Below, piece after piece: positions 25,401 through 38,472 of a DNA stretch of 64,000 bases. The stretch lies in assembly GCF_044704955.1 (NCBI RefSeq), contig NC_092001.1:19530001-19594000 (forward strand), written 5' to 3'. This stretch comes from Pristiophorus japonicus. Taxonomy: Eukaryota. Position numbers and translations under genes: made by a program. Numbering within the stretch: the first letter of the stretch is position 1; the number at the start of each line of letters is the position of its first letter. The notes under the pieces were generated by a model. The model was not told the origin of the DNA and did not search any database. It saw only the letters and a list, made by a program, of their open reading frames with translations.

Positions 25401-26480
25401 CTGCACTGCAAATTACAGGGATTAATTCCTTCGTGTAAGCCGTTAGTTTGGTGTGAATGGGGCTGAGTTTGGGCCTCTGTGCGTTGTTGCACCACAGCCT
25501 GTCGACGGCCTTTTTTACTCATTATGAACTGACTCGCACACGTTCCACCGATACTGGAATTCAGTTCAGTTCAACTTTCAACATTATTGGTGGATATTTC
25601 GTGGTGAATGAGTGTACCCGATACACTTCTGACTGCTCGGTACAAGTCTCCAATTAAATCTGATCTACAGTTGATAGATCTTCCTCTGCAATGTTGTGGT
25701 TTGCAGGGTTTGCAGCTTTCCTGCACATTCGCTGGAGGTGTCGCATTGTTCAGCAACCGTTGCATAGTGCTTGAAGCGGCATTGAGGGGGCGACTTTCAC
25801 CTACAATGCCATCAAGGTGTAAATTGCTATGCATTAACGATTGATGGCAGACCCTGGGTCATCTGAGATCGTCCAGCATTCGCCAGAGTGTACGTTCTGC
25901 CATCAATATTCCTGCTGGAAAATGACGTTACTTTGAGCACAGGACTGGCCGAAAAATTTTGCTCTGTGAAATTTATTTGGTGTTATCGCTGGTGGACATC
26001 GCTATGGCCTGATATAGATTCAGGGTTTCAACTGTAAATAGTTTGTGAAGGATTACATCATTGCAAAAATGTCTCTAAGCATTTGTTCTCGGAATCCCTC
26101 AAATTCGCAATGTCCTGCGATGCGCCTTCTTTTAGTGACATAGCTTACCACATCCTGGCTCTCCGACCGTTGAAACGTGTAGAACCGATATCTCGCCATC
26201 AAAATGCTTTCCTTAGGATTCCCGGACCAGCATACACAATTCTTCATAGGATTTAGCTATTGGTTTCACCGGAGCCAGAAGGTTCTTCATGAGGCCATAG
26301 GTTGTTGCCCCACAAAGAGTAAGGAGGATCACCCTTCATTTGGCAGCGTTCTCGTCCCATTCCAGCTCATTGGCCACGAAGTATTGGTCGAGTCTCTCCA
26401 CGAAAGCCTCCCAATCACCCTCTTCTGATAATTTTTCCAGGATAACAACTGTTCTTTGCATTTTTGCACGGTTGTTCGTT

Positions 26481-26581
26481 ACCGCGTCACCAATTGATAC
26501 ACTCTTTAAAAAGATGGAACCGAGTATTCTGAACAATGAATAAGTGTGACCTTAGCTCATGTAATAAGACTGCAGAGTGCC
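26481..26581 (-). repeat. Truncated 5' LTR (26495-26581) and primer-binding site (26481-26492)
   Basis: tgatacactc...aagtgtgaccttagctc matches the 3' LTR; the LTR end is followed by TGGTGACGCGGT. Confidence 0.75.
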
Positions 26582-26584
26582 CGT

Positions 26585-26735
26585 CTAGGCATAGGAAGTC
26601 CCTGGAAATCGAGGAAGGCTTGCTTCCACTCTAATAGTAAGTTCTTACGTGACTGAACAGTCCAATTCAGAAATTACAGTCTCTGTCAAAGGTCGGATAG
26701 ATAGGCGTTTCACGCATGCTCCTTCCGCTGCCTGG
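26585..26735 (-). mobile_element. RTE 3' end (unit C paralog of 14045-14226)
   Basis: taggcatagg..atcgaggaag.cttg..tccactctaa. Confidence 0.7.
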
Positions 26736-27058
26736 TACTAATCTACTAAATCTCCTCTTAACATTCTCTCCTCTAAGGAGAACTGCCGCAGTTTCTCGAG
26801 TCTCTCCATATAATTTAATTCCCCTTCCCTGATGCGTTTGCAGTAAATCTCTTCTGTACCCTCTCGAAAGTCTTCATGGCATTCCTAAAGTGTGGTGCCC
26901 AGAATTGGACACAATACTCCAGCTGGGTCCGAACTAGTGTTTCTAGTCATTCATCCTTGGGACCAAATCTGTTAAATCACCCCGCACCCTACTCTGCTGT
27001 CAGGAGAACAGCCACAGCTTTTCCAAGTCAATCCGCATAGCAAGAGCTTGCGTTCTAC

Positions 27059-27107
27059 CATCCCCGACACTCAATGGCAGCGAGCTCCAGGCGGGCACTG
27101 GCCCGTC
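27059..27107 (-). other. Candidate 49-nt exon 2 (unit C), ending ...GGATG|gtag
   Basis: Pyrimidine tract + gag acceptor, gtagaa donor; homologous to 14552-14600. Confidence 0.35.
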
Positions 27108-27464
27108 CTCAACAGCGAGAAGGGGGACGGAAAAAGAACAGCTGAAAGTCCAGGATGTCTTAAACAAGTTTTCAAATTGTTAACCTATTTTTTTGTTTGA
27201 AGTAAAAATATCCTGACTGCCCCAACCAGAAATTCTACCCAGTGGCCCATCCCCAGCCAACTACCTCTCCCGAAAGGTCATCATTTTATTTCTTGTCAGC
27301 TTTATTAGGGTGGGGGTTTACATATATATATTTGTCATCGGTCGCTCTCTTATTTGTTAATATATATGAAAGCCCGTTGAAGGAATTGGGCGCAGAAAAT
27401 TCCAGCTGAGGAATCCTCATCAATGGAAGCAGAAACATTGCAAAGGAAAAAATAAGAATCGATT

Positions 27465-27635
27465 GGGCTGAGGGAGGGATGGAGGGAGGAATGAGTGGAG
27501 CAAGGGAGGGGTGGAGTGAGGGAGGGATGGACAGAGGGAGGGAGGGATGGGTGCAGGGAGGGAGCAGTTAATGGAGGGAGGGATGGTGGATTTGAGGGCG
27601 TGAGTGCGGGATGAAGGGAGGGAGGGAGTGATGGA
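27465..27635 (+). repeat. GGA-rich purine tract (unit C)
   Basis: ggagggagggatgg repeats. Confidence 0.85.
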
Positions 27636-27779
27636 GATTCTTCCAGTTTACCCGATTGAAACTCCTCATGATTTTGAACACTTCTATTAAATCTGATCAT
27701 TCTTCGCTCTGAAGAGAACAATCCCAGCTTCTGCTGCTCTGATGGTGCAGCTCACACAGTGTAAAACTCAAGTTCCTTG

Positions 27780-28718
27780 ATTAATAAGAACATAAAAAGA
27801 AGGAACAGGATTAGGCCATTTGACCCATCAAATCAGCTCCGCCAGGATCACTAAGATCATGGCGGATCTGATCATGGACTCAGTTCGACATCTGTACCCA
27901 CTCTCATTAACCTTTACTCCCTAATCGCTCAAAACTCTGTGCATCTCCATCTTACATATATTGAAAGACCCAGCCTGCACAGCTCTCCGGGGCAGAGAAT
28001 TGCATAGATTTACAACATCTCTGAGAGAAGAAATTGCTCCTCATCTGTTTTAATTGGCGGCCCCTTATTCTGAGACTATGTCCCCAAGTTTTAGGTTCCC
28101 CTCTGAGTGGAAATATCCTCTCTGCATCCAACTTGTCGAGCCCCCTCATTATCTTATATGTTTCGATAAGATCACCTCATTCTTCTGAACTTCAATGTGC
28201 AGAGGCCCAACCTACTCAAACTATCTTCATAAGTCAACCTGCTCATCTCCGGAATCAACATAGTTAAGCTTTTCTGAACTGCATTCAATGCAAGTATATC
28301 CTTTCTTTAATACAAAGAGCAAAACTGTCCGCAGTACTCTAGGTCTGGCCTCACCAATACCCTGTACAGTTGCAGCAGGACATCTCTTCTTTTATAATCT
28401 ATCCCCCTTGCAATAAAGGCCGACATTCCATTTGCCTTCCTGGTTAATTGTTGTAATAGTATACTAGCTTTTTGTGTCCCAAGCACCAGGACCCCCAGAT
28501 CCCTCTGTACTGCACTACTTTGCAATTTTTCTCCATTTAAATTACAATTCGCTTTTTTATTCATACTGCCAAGCTGGATAACCTCACATTTCCCCATATT
28601 ATACTGCATCTGTCATATTTTTGCACACTCACTTAGCCTGTCTATATGACTTTGCAGATTTATTGTGTCCACCTCACAGTTTGCTTTCCCAACCATCTTT
28701 GTATCGTCAGCAAACTTG
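27780..28718 (-). mobile_element. CR1 3' fragment inserted into the unit C candidate exon 1
   Basis: Splits caagttcc|gtgagtc, which is intact in units A and B; QRDLGVLV, LEYCGQF motifs. Confidence 0.85.
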
Positions 28719-28772
28719 GTGAGTCATTTGCCTTGCGCACATACAGATTTTTCGTTGTGGAATCGCTGACAT

Positions 28773-28799
28773 TTTTATATGGCCCCAGTGGGAATCCCG
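28773..28799 (-). promoter_or_regulatory. Candidate core promoter, unit C: kB-like site plus TATAAAA
   Basis: Minus strand CGGGATTCCC-actggggcca-TATAAAA. Confidence 0.45.
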
Positions 28800-28961
28800 T
28801 GCACAATTACAACAGAGCGGGAATAAAATCCCGAGGAATAAAACAGGGCTCACCGCTGGCAGTTATATAGATCGGGGTAAGTCTGGGCTTCGGCCCTGAA
28901 CTTCAGACACGATGAGCTAAATGGCAACATTTTAAAATAAAAGCTGTGATATGTTCAATTA

Positions 28962-29410
28962 TCGGCTCAGTGTGATCACTGTCGCCTCTGACTCAGTAGG
29001 TCACAGATACTAAACCCCACTAAAGAGACCTGTGCTCATAATCTATGCTAACCCGCCCGGTGCCAGGACTGAGGGTGTGCTGCAAGGTCAGAGGTGCCGT
29101 CTTTTGGGGCAGACATTAAGCTGACGTCCCATCTTCCTGCTCAGGTGGATTTAAAGGACTCATGGCACTATTTTAAAGAGCAGAGGAGTTTTGCGCAGTT
29201 TCTAGGGCAAGTATTTAACCCTCAACCAACATCTGAAAAATAGATTATCTGATCATTATTTCATTGCTGTTGGTGGGATCTTGCTGTGCACAATTTGGCT
29301 GCCACGTTTCCTACATTACAAAAGTGACCACACTTCAAAAGTGTTTCATTGCCTGCAAAGCATTTTGGGACATCAGGCGTTCATGAAAGGCGCTATATAA
29401 ATGCAAGTTA
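28962..29410 (+). mobile_element. Deu-domain SINE, unit C copy
   Basis: Homologous to 513-958 and 15525-15968. Confidence 0.7.
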
Positions 29411-29929
29411 TTCCTAAATATCAACATTTTAAAATATAAGTTGCAATATGTGAAAAGCTCAGATATTACCATGATTTTCAGACACTCTGATGGGCATTGT
29501 TTTAACTTGCTCAGTTCCAGTGGGTAAAATCTTCCACTAAATGGAGATCCAGAGGAATACACCTGGTTCCGAGATATTCCACTGATTTCGACAGCAGAAC
29601 TTTCAGTTATTAATTGTAATATTTATTCTCATTAATATAAATCACATCTGTTCTAATTGAACAAAACTGAAGCCAACGTCACTGTTGATATGTTTCTATT
29701 TCTTTGCACCAACTCTCAATATTTTTTAAATAAGTCCTCGTTGTGTGTTGAGACTGATAAATAATTGACTCTGTTGATCTGATTTTGCTGCCATGAATAC
29801 TTCATGGGAACCAGTGAGGCGTTTATGTAAATAAACACAGAAATAGAATTCCCAGATTAGAGTATTGTTTGACAGAAACACAATAAATGTTTCCCCACCA
29901 ATACAGCACAGAAATAAACAAACACAGAA

Positions 29930-30230
29930 ATGCAAATGCCTCAACAGATTCCACCAACAATTGTTTTTTGCTACATTTCTCTAAATTAGAGGAGAATAAA
30001 GTAAAGGTGATCCCCACGGTCAGAATGGGGAACGATTCTAGTCACTGTATATAGTGACATCACAAATGTGTCAGTGGGGATTTCCTGTATCCTCTCCCTC
30101 TCCTATTTCCACTTTCAGTCTTGTCTCTCAAGAATGAATAATTGGCCTTCTTCCACAACTGGATGTTAACATCAAACAATAGTTTTCCTTGAGCCCTAAT
30201 GATATGCCTCGAACCAATTTGATTGGACCG
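29930..30230. promoter_or_regulatory. Conserved motif block, unit C (most complete copy)
   Basis: ATGCAAAT 29930-29937, AGTGACATCA 30053-30062, GGGGATTTCC 30076-30085, TTTCCACTTTC 30106-30116, CCAAT/ATTGG near 30214-30226. Confidence 0.5.
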
Positions 30231-30279
30231 TGCAGAGGGAGCTTTAATCCAAAATATGACGAGTGAATTAAACGATCTG

Positions 30280-30680
30280 CGAGTGTTTGATGAGACAATG
30301 TAGAGGAAGTTTTACCATTTATCTAAAACGTGCTATACCTACCCTGGGAGTGTTTGATGGGACAATTTAGCGGGAGCTTTACACTATATCTAAATCGTAC
30401 TCTACCTGCCCTGGGAGTGTTTGATGGGACAGTGTAGACGGGTATTACTCTGTATCTAATCCATGCTGTACCTGCCTTCTGATTGTTTAATGGGACAATG
30501 TAGAGGGAGATTTACTCAGTATCTCAACCGTGCTGTACCTGACCGGGAAGTGTATGATGGGACAGTGTAGACAGTGTAAAGGGAGCATCCCTCTCGATCT
30601 AACCCGTGCCATAACTGCCCTAGTGGTGTGGAGGGCGCTTTACGCTCTATCTGACACATAATGTCCCTGTCCTGGGACTT
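30280..30680 (+). repeat. ~67-bp minisatellite array (unit C)
   Basis: ctgggagtgtttgatgggacagtgtaga repeats. Confidence 0.85.
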
Positions 30681-31229
30681 ACAGGGTCCAGTGCTGTAAT
30701 AACTGAGACAGGGTCTAATCTAATATAAACAGAGACATGGTTTAATTTAGTAATGTGAAAGGATGGGACTAGTATAATATAAAAGTGTCGTTGTCTAATT
30801 TAATATAAACAGAGACAGGTTCTTGTGTAATAGGAACAAAGGCATGGCATATTCCGGTAATAACTGAGACAGGGCCTGGAACAATATCAGTAGTTCTAGT
30901 ACAGTAATAACTGACGTAGGGCCTAGTGCAGTAAATACTGATTCAGGGACATTGGTTTATTGTTTCCTCACATGTGGCTGTGGGTGTCGCTGGCAAGGCC
31001 AGCAGTGACGCCTCTTTATCACAGAGATTATGAAGGAAGAGTAATAAGTTTTCAGGTCTGGATGATGTGTGATTTTGAGGAATACGCGGAGGTGATGGTG
31101 TTCTCACTGCAGACATGGTGCGCTGGTGATGGAGTGGTGAATATTTAACGTGGTGGATGTGGTGCTATAAACTGGAACACGGTCTAGTATAGTAATAACT
31201 GAGATAGGCTCTGCTGTATTATTGAATCT

Positions 31230-32380
31230 TAGAATGGTTACAACACAGAAGAGTGTCAGTCAGCACATATAGCATGCGCTGCTCTGCTGCAAGATTATTT
31301 CAGCTTGTCCACTCCCCTACCCTTTCCCTGTAAATTGTCTTCCTTCAGGTAGGTATCCAATTCCCTTTGGAATGACACGACTGAAGCTGCCCCCAACACC
31401 CTTTCAGGCAGTGCATTGCAGATCCTAACCATTCGCTACGTAAAAACATTTACATCAGTTCGACTTTGATTCTTCTGCCAATCACCTTAAATCTGTGTCC
31501 TCTGTTTTTGACCCTTCCACTAATGAAAACAGTTTCTCTCCAGCTACTCTGTCCAGATCCCTTATTATTCTGAACACCTCGATGAAATCCCATCTCAAAT
31601 TTCTCTGCTCGAAGGAGAACAACCCCAGCTTCTCCAGACTATCCTTGTAAGCGAAGTACCTTATCCCTGGAACCACATTTGTAAATCTTTTCTGAATCTT
31701 CTCGAAGGCCTTCTCATCCTTCCTAAAGTGCTGTTCCCAGAATTGGCCACAATACTCCAGTTGAGGCTGAAACAGTGTTTTATAAATGTTGCTCATAACT
31801 ACCTTTCGCTTGTATTCTATGCCTCAATTTATGAAGCCCAGGATCCCACATGCTTTTTTAAACATTTTCTCAGCCTGCCCTGCCATCTTCGATGATTTGT
31901 GCAAATATACCCCAGGTCTCTGCGTTCATCCACCCGCTTTAGCATTGTACCCTTTAGTTTATATTGCCTCTCCTCGCTTTTCGTACCAAAATGTATAACT
32001 TCACAATTTTCTGCGTTTCGTTTGTCACGTGTCCACCCATTCCACCAGCAAGTCTTGGTCCTCTTGAATTCGTCACTATCCTCCTCACTGTTCACTGTAC
32101 TTACAAGTTTTGTGACATCTGAAATAATTGTATTTGTGCCCTTACACCCAAGTCTAATTCATGAATATAAACGAAGAGAATCCGTGTTCCTCATACCATC
32201 TGCTGCAGAACACCATTGTATACCCTCCTCCAATCAAAAAAAACAGCCAGTATTCTCTGGTTCCTGTCAGTTAGCGAATTTTATAACCACGCTGCCCCTG
32301 TCCTTTTTATTCTATGGCTTTCAACTTTGCTGGCAAGGATATTATCTATCAAAACCTTTTAGAAGACCATCACATCAACT
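31230..32380 (-). mobile_element. CR1 3' fragment (paralog of 2610-3790)
   Basis: QPQLEYCGQFW, LEKLGLFSFEQR. Confidence 0.8.
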
Positions 32381-32494
32381 ATACAGTGCAATAAAAACTG
32401 CGACGGGATCCGGTGTAATGAGAGAATATTAATATGCATCGATCCATCTATCTATATTCTGCCTTTATAACGTATGCATGGTCAAGTGCAGAAA

Positions 32495-33240
32495 TAACTG
32501 AGACATGGTCTGTTGTATAATAACTAGATTCATGGTCTAGTGCAGTTATATTTTAGATAAACTCGAGAGTAAAATGAAGAGGAACAGGATATAGTGTAAT
32601 ATATTTCAGACATAGTCTAGGACAGGAATAACTGAGACAGAGTCTAGTGCAATCAGACAGGGACGGGGCCTAGTGTAATATATTTCAGAGATGATCTCTG
32701 GCAGTGATAACTGCGACAGGGTCACGTGTAACATAAACAGGGACAGGGCCTGTTGTAATATAAACGGAAACAGGGTCTAGTGTAATATAAACGGAGACAG
32801 GGTCTAGGGTAATGTAATCAGAGACAGGGTCTAGATTAATTTAACCCGAGACAGGGTCTAGTGTAATATAAAAAGAGACAGGGCCTAGTGTAATATAAAC
32901 AGAAACAAGCTTTAGTGTCATATAAACAGAGACAGGATCTAGTGTAATACAAACAGAAACAGGGTCTAGTGTAAAATGTACAGAGACAGGGCCTCGTGTA
33001 ATATAAACAGAGACAGGGTCAAGTGTAATATAAACAGAAACAGGGTCGAGTGTAATATAAACAGAGACAGGGCCTCGTGTAATATAAACAGAAACAAGGT
33101 TTAGTGTAATCTTAAACGAGGCAGCGTCTAGTGTAATATAATCAGTGACTGGATCTAGTGTAATATAAACAGAAACAGAGTGTGGTGTAATATAAACAGA
33201 GACAGGATCTAGTGTAACATACACAGAGACAGGGTTTAAT
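32495..33240 (+). repeat. 27-bp satellite array
   Basis: Same monomer as 5090-9475. Confidence 0.9.
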
Positions 33241-34427
33241 TTCAAAAGGCTTTTGACAAGGTGCCACACTAGAGACTGGTGTGCAAAATCAAATCACATA
33301 GTATTGGGGGTAATATACTGACGTGGATAGAAAAGTGATTGGCAGACAGGAAGCAGAGATTCGGGATAAACAGGTGCTTTTCAGAATGGCAGGCAGTGAC
33401 TAGAGGAGTGCGGCAGAGCTCAGTGCTGGGACCCCAGCTCCTTACAAGATACATCAATGATTTAGATGAAGGAATTGAGTGTAATATCTGCAACTTTGCA
33501 GATGACACTAAACTGGGTGGCGGTGTGAGCTGTGAAGGGAACACTAAGAGCCTACAGGGTGACTAGGACAGGTTCGGTGAGTGGGCAAATACTAGGCTGA
33601 TGCAAAATAATGTCGATCAATCTGAGGTTATCCACTTTGGAGGCAAAAACGTGAAGACTGAATATCATCTGAATGGCGGCAGATTAAGAAAAGGGGAGGT
33701 GCAACGAGACCTGGGTGTCATGGTTCATCAGTCCTTGAAAGTTTACATGCAGGTACAGCAGGCATGGAAGAAGGCAAATGGCATGTTGTCCTTCATAGCT
33801 CGGGGATTTGAGTATAGGAGCAGGGAGATCTTACCGGAGTTGTACAGGACCTTGGTGAGGCCTTACCTGGAATATATGCTCAGTTTTGGTCTTCTTATCT
33901 GAGGAATGACCTACCTGCTATTGAGGGAGTGCAGCGAAGGTTCACCAGACTGAATCCCGGGATGGCAGGACTGACATATGAGGAGTAACTGGATAAACTG
34001 GGCCTTTATACATTGGAATTTAGAAGGATGAGATGGGTTCTCATAGAAATTTACAAGATTCTGACCAGACGGGACAGATTAGATGTGAGTAGAATGTTCC
34101 CGATGTGAGGGAAGTCGAGAATCAGAGGACACAGTCTTAGAATAAGGGGTAGACCATTTAGGACTGAGACGAGGAGAGACTTCTTCACTCAGAAAATTGT
34201 TAACCTGTGGAATTCCCTAAAGCAGAGAGTTGTTGATGCCAGTTCATTGGATATATTCAAGAGGGAATTAGATATGGTCCTTACGGTTAAGGGGATCAAG
34301 TGGGATGGAGAGAAAGCAGGCAAGTGGTATTGAGCGTATGATCAGCCATGATCTTATTGAATGGTGGTGCAGTCTCGAAAGGCCGAATGGCCGACTCCTG
34401 CACCTATTTTCTAAGTTTCTATGTTTC
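33241..34427 (+). mobile_element. CR1 3' fragment inserted in the satellite
   Basis: Begins at FKRLLTRC/FQKAFDKV region; NFADDTKLGG; ttctaagtttctatgtttct tail. Confidence 0.9.
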
Positions 34428-34834
34428 TAATGTAATATAAACAGAGCGAGGGTCTAGTGAAACATAAACAGAGACAGGGTCGAATGTAATATAATCAGAG
34501 ACAGGGTCTTTTTTCATATAAACGGAGACAGGGTCTCGTGTAATATAAACAGAGACAGGGTCTAGTGTAATATAATCAGTGACAGGGCCTTGGTTAATAT
34601 AATCAGAGACAGGATCTTGTTTAATATAAACGAAGACAGGATCTAGTGTAATCTCAATAGAGAATGCGTCTTGTTTAATATAAACAGAGACAGGGTCTAG
34701 TGCAATATAAACAAAGACAGGGTCGAGTTTAATATAAACAGAGACGGGGTCTAGTGTAATATAAACAGAGACAGGGCTTAGTCTAATATAAAAAGATTCC
34801 TTGTCTACTGCAATAATAACTGTGACAGGATCTA
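34428..34834 (+). repeat. 27-bp satellite array (continuation)
   Basis: Monomer repeats resume after the CR1 tail. Confidence 0.9.
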
Positions 34835-37800
34835 GGGCTAGAACCTCCACTTTTATGCTTATCACCCTAAAATGGTTATTTTAAACCGCGTGGGCATTAA
34901 AAAATGGTTTTCAGATCGTCTGCTTCTCACCTATTCGCAAAACAACTAGTTTACATTTTTGAAAATTGCGTTACTGCAAGCGATATCAAATGGGCGGTAG
35001 CATTAAATTATTTTGTCCTGCCGTAAACTGTGGCCATCCTTAGCAACGGCATGGCAATGCTCGAATCCCACGATTCAGGAGGTCAGGGTCATCATGACAT
35101 GCGCAGAAGAGGAGACAGAGAGAGATGGAGCTCAGAGGGACTGAAAGTATGTGTGGCTGTGGTCTGTGCTTGTCCGGCTGTTGTGGAGATTCAGTTTTAG
35201 CAAAAAGCCTACTAAGCACCAAGAATATAGTTGGCACAGAGTCTTTGTCCAACAAAAAAGTTATAATATGGATGGGATGGAGGAGGCCCTCGAGCTGGTA
35301 GCTAGGAAGACTGGTGGTAGAGGGCGCCCAGTGGTCCCGGAAGACCGCACTGCATCGCAAAATGCCGCACCCCCATTGCCAACCACTCATGAGAGCGAGT
35401 AGCAACATATTGCTTCTGGCTCAGAGCACCTTCCCACCTCAGGACCGTTCTCTCCCGCATCCATCCAAACAGCGGTTCGGCCGTCACCCAGTAATGAAGC
35501 TTTGCCTGAGGACCTCCTCGGCCAGGCAACTTGGAGTCAGGAGGGGAAGGGGTGGAGGTGGGGAGGAGAAGCGGGGGTGTGGTGGGGAGAAGGGTTACTT
35601 TGTATAGAAAAACTGATGATTTCAAGTTAATGTTTGGTTCACATTTCTTTTAACGAAACCTTGTAGCACATTGGCTCAGAAAGCTACACCATTATATGCT
35701 GGTGATTTCTTTAAATGAAAGGGTAAAGTCACACTTAACTTCAATCAACTTAAACTTTAACTGTCAACAAGGTGATGCCTCCATTGATTTATGACATGCA
35801 CACCCAACAGTGTGTCAGCCTTTTAAATAACACCAACGTTCTTTCAGGCAAAGCGATCATTGATGAATTCCTGACGTAAGGCTCTTGCAGCTATGAAGCC
35901 ACCATTGGCCCTTTCATGCGGTCTACAGTTGGAAGGCGGAATGGTTTCAGCATCAGCCTGATTGTCTGGGCCAATGACAGCGTCCGCTTCCTCGTCCTCC
36001 TCTTCCTCTCTCTAGCGAGGTGGACTGTCAGACTCATCAGGCAATTCTTGTTCCCTCCCGATAGCCACGTCGTGCAGCGTGGAGCACTCCATCACGAATT
36101 TAGCTAATTGATCAGGGTGGTATTGTATCTCGCCTCTTGAGTGGTCCAGGCATATAAAGTGCTGCTTCAGCTCACCAATGTTTTTCTCCACGATATTGCG
36201 AGTTTCTCTCTGGCATTCATTGCATCACCTCTCGGATTCGGTGTGGGTGTCACGCAGGGGGTGTCATCAGCCAGGTGGTGAGACCATAGCCTTTGTCACT
36301 AAGCACCCAGCATTGACCTGGTAGCTGATTGTTAAACAAGTCAGGTACATTTATCTCACGCAGCATGTGAGCATCATGGATGCTGCCCGGAAATTGAGCA
36401 TTCACGACTAGTGTAATTTACTGGTGATCAAAAACCAGTTGGACATTCAGGGAGTGGAATCCCTTGCGGTTCCTGAAAACCTCAGCATTCTGAAAAGGTG
36501 CCCACATCGTGGTGTGCGTACAGTCTATTTCACCCTGCACCTTGGGGAAGTTTTTCATTCTGGAGAATCCTAGATCCCTCTCACTCTGTGCCTCCCATGT
36601 GATAGGGAAGCCGATCAATTCCCTCCTGTGATCTGACAGGGCTTCCGTGACCTACCTGTCGAAAGCAGCGATGTGTGGCATGCTGATAAAGTCCGCAAAT
36701 GTCTCCAAATGTGGCTTGAAAAGAACCCGAGGTTTAGAACGACAGTGCTGCAGTGATTTTGACCTTGAAGAACAGTGAAGTACTGATGGTGGTGACAGGC
36801 TGCAGATCTGTCCTTATCAGCTGGCATTCCTCAGTCATAACCTCTTTGTGGAAACATAGAATCATAGAAACATAGAAACATTGAAAATATGTGGAGGATT
36901 AATAAATCGGCCCTTCGAGCCTGCACCACCATTCAATAATTTCATGGCTGATCATTGACCTCAGTACCCTCTTCCTGCTTTCTCTCCATACCCCTTGATC
37001 CCTTTAGCCCTGAGGGCCATATCTAACTCCCTCTTGAATATATCTAACAAACTGGCATCAACAGCTCTTTGCGGTAGAGAATGCCACAGGTTCACAATTC
37101 TCTGAGTGAAGAAGTTTTTCCTCTTCTTGATCCTAAATGGCTTACCCCTTAATTTTAGACTGTGACCTCTGGTTCTGGACTTGTCCAACATCGGGAACAT
37201 TCTTCCTGCATCTCAGCTCTCCAGTCCCGTCAGAATTTGAGATCCCCTCTCAATCTTCTAAACTCCAATGAATACAGGCCCAGTCGATCCAATCTCTCCT
37301 CATATGTCTGTCCAGCCGACCTGGGAATCAGTCTGATGAACTTTCGCTGCACTCCCTCAATAGCAAGAACGTCCTTCCTCAGAGTAGGAGATCAGAAGTG
37401 AACTCAATATTCCAGGTGATGCCTCACCAAGGCTCTGTACAACTGCAATAAGACTTCCCTGCTCCTTTACTCAAATCCCCTAGCTATGAAGGTCAACATG
37501 CCATTTGCCTTCTTCACCGTCTGCTGTACCTGCATTCCAACTTTCAATGACTGATGTACGATGACACAAAGGTCTCGTTGCACCTCCCCTTTTCCTAAAG
37601 CGCAGTCTCTGAAGTCATGTGGTGTCGGGCAAGTCGAGATAAGAATGCCTCTGCTTGTAATTGCGGTGGATGTAACATCTGGTCCTCCTCATCTGTCTGT
37701 CATGTCTTATATTGAGCACATAATGCAATGGAATGTTCTTTCGGCGATGCCGAGTCTACTGCATGTAATTGGTCACCAACAGAGAGTGAGAAAGGACAGG

Positions 37801-38472
37801 CACCATTGCTGTAGCTCTCTGTTGTGCACCGATTGGTCACAAACAAGCAATGCCCCGACGGAGACACCTCTTCAATTACAATCGGTCACAGTATAGTCAA
37901 GATGTTTTTACAGATGTTCACATCAATTGCAACGACCTGCAGATTACATCCGAACTCCGTCGAAGTTGAAGCACAGCAGCCTTTTAAAGAACACGACACA
38001 TGATCTAGAACATGGCGTCCATAACGCTGTGATTCATTCCGGTTAGTTCCAAATTTACTGGGCGTTTTCTTGCGAGAGCGATATTGTGAGCGATATGTGT
38101 GCGAGGTGGAGAGATTGATGCTGGACGATCTCATGGCCGCTAGTTTCATTAAATATGCTCTTTCCTACAAAAAAGGGTGGGCCCGCATTAATATTGAATC
38201 TCGACGTTAAATCAGTCTGGCAATTAACACTGGGTGATATTATGGGCGTTGAATTCTGCTGATTCAACTTAAAAAATGTGAACGGGCAGTATTTTTTTCC
38301 CCAGCGTTAAGCACATGGGGAAAGTAATGCTCGGCGATAATTTTCCGAAAAATGCCTGCCAGTTTCGATTTTATGTCAAAAAGATTGATATATGGTCATT
38401 ATACGTTATTTCAGTTGTAAAATGGGCGTTAAGTCGGCGTTAAGCATGCAAAAAAAGTAGTCGTTGTAACCC
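34835..38472 (-). mobile_element. Decayed PIF/Harbinger DNA transposon (DDE_Tnp_4/HARBI1-like transposase remnant)
   Basis: FPKVQGEIDCTH...FRNRKGFHSLNVQ, FPGSIHD, DKGY, NIVEK; imperfect TIRs (GGGCTAGAACCTCCACTTTT vs GGGTTACAACGACTACTTTT); CTA/TTA flanks. Confidence 0.85.
36853..37595 (-). mobile_element. CR1 3' fragment nested in the Harbinger transposase
   Basis: RTRGHSLKLRG, NFFTQRIVNLW; (catagaaa)n tail. Confidence 0.88.

Larger units (their letters stand above)
22263..26581 (-). mobile_element. Decayed Ty3/Gypsy LTR retrotransposon (gag-PR-RT-RNaseH-IN)
   Basis: gag DWEAFVERLDQYFVAN; RT VPVLK..GTVRICGDYK, FTKLDL; RNaseH SMIEKETL; integrase WSRIHVDYAGP, VMDAYSKW; many stops and frameshifts. 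Confidence 0.92.

Noticed and set aside
27756-27762. CACAGTG heptamer in unit C
   Set aside because: No nonamer, not conserved in units A and B, and no adjacent V/D/J
30076-30230. MHC class I-like promoter (kB-ISRE-SXY order) on the + strand
   Set aside because: No convincing X1/X2 box and no MHC exons downstream, only minisatellite and LINE DNA
35900-36830. Domesticated HARBI1 gene
   Set aside because: Multiple stops and frameshifts, a CR1 insertion and surviving TIRs indicate a dead transposon
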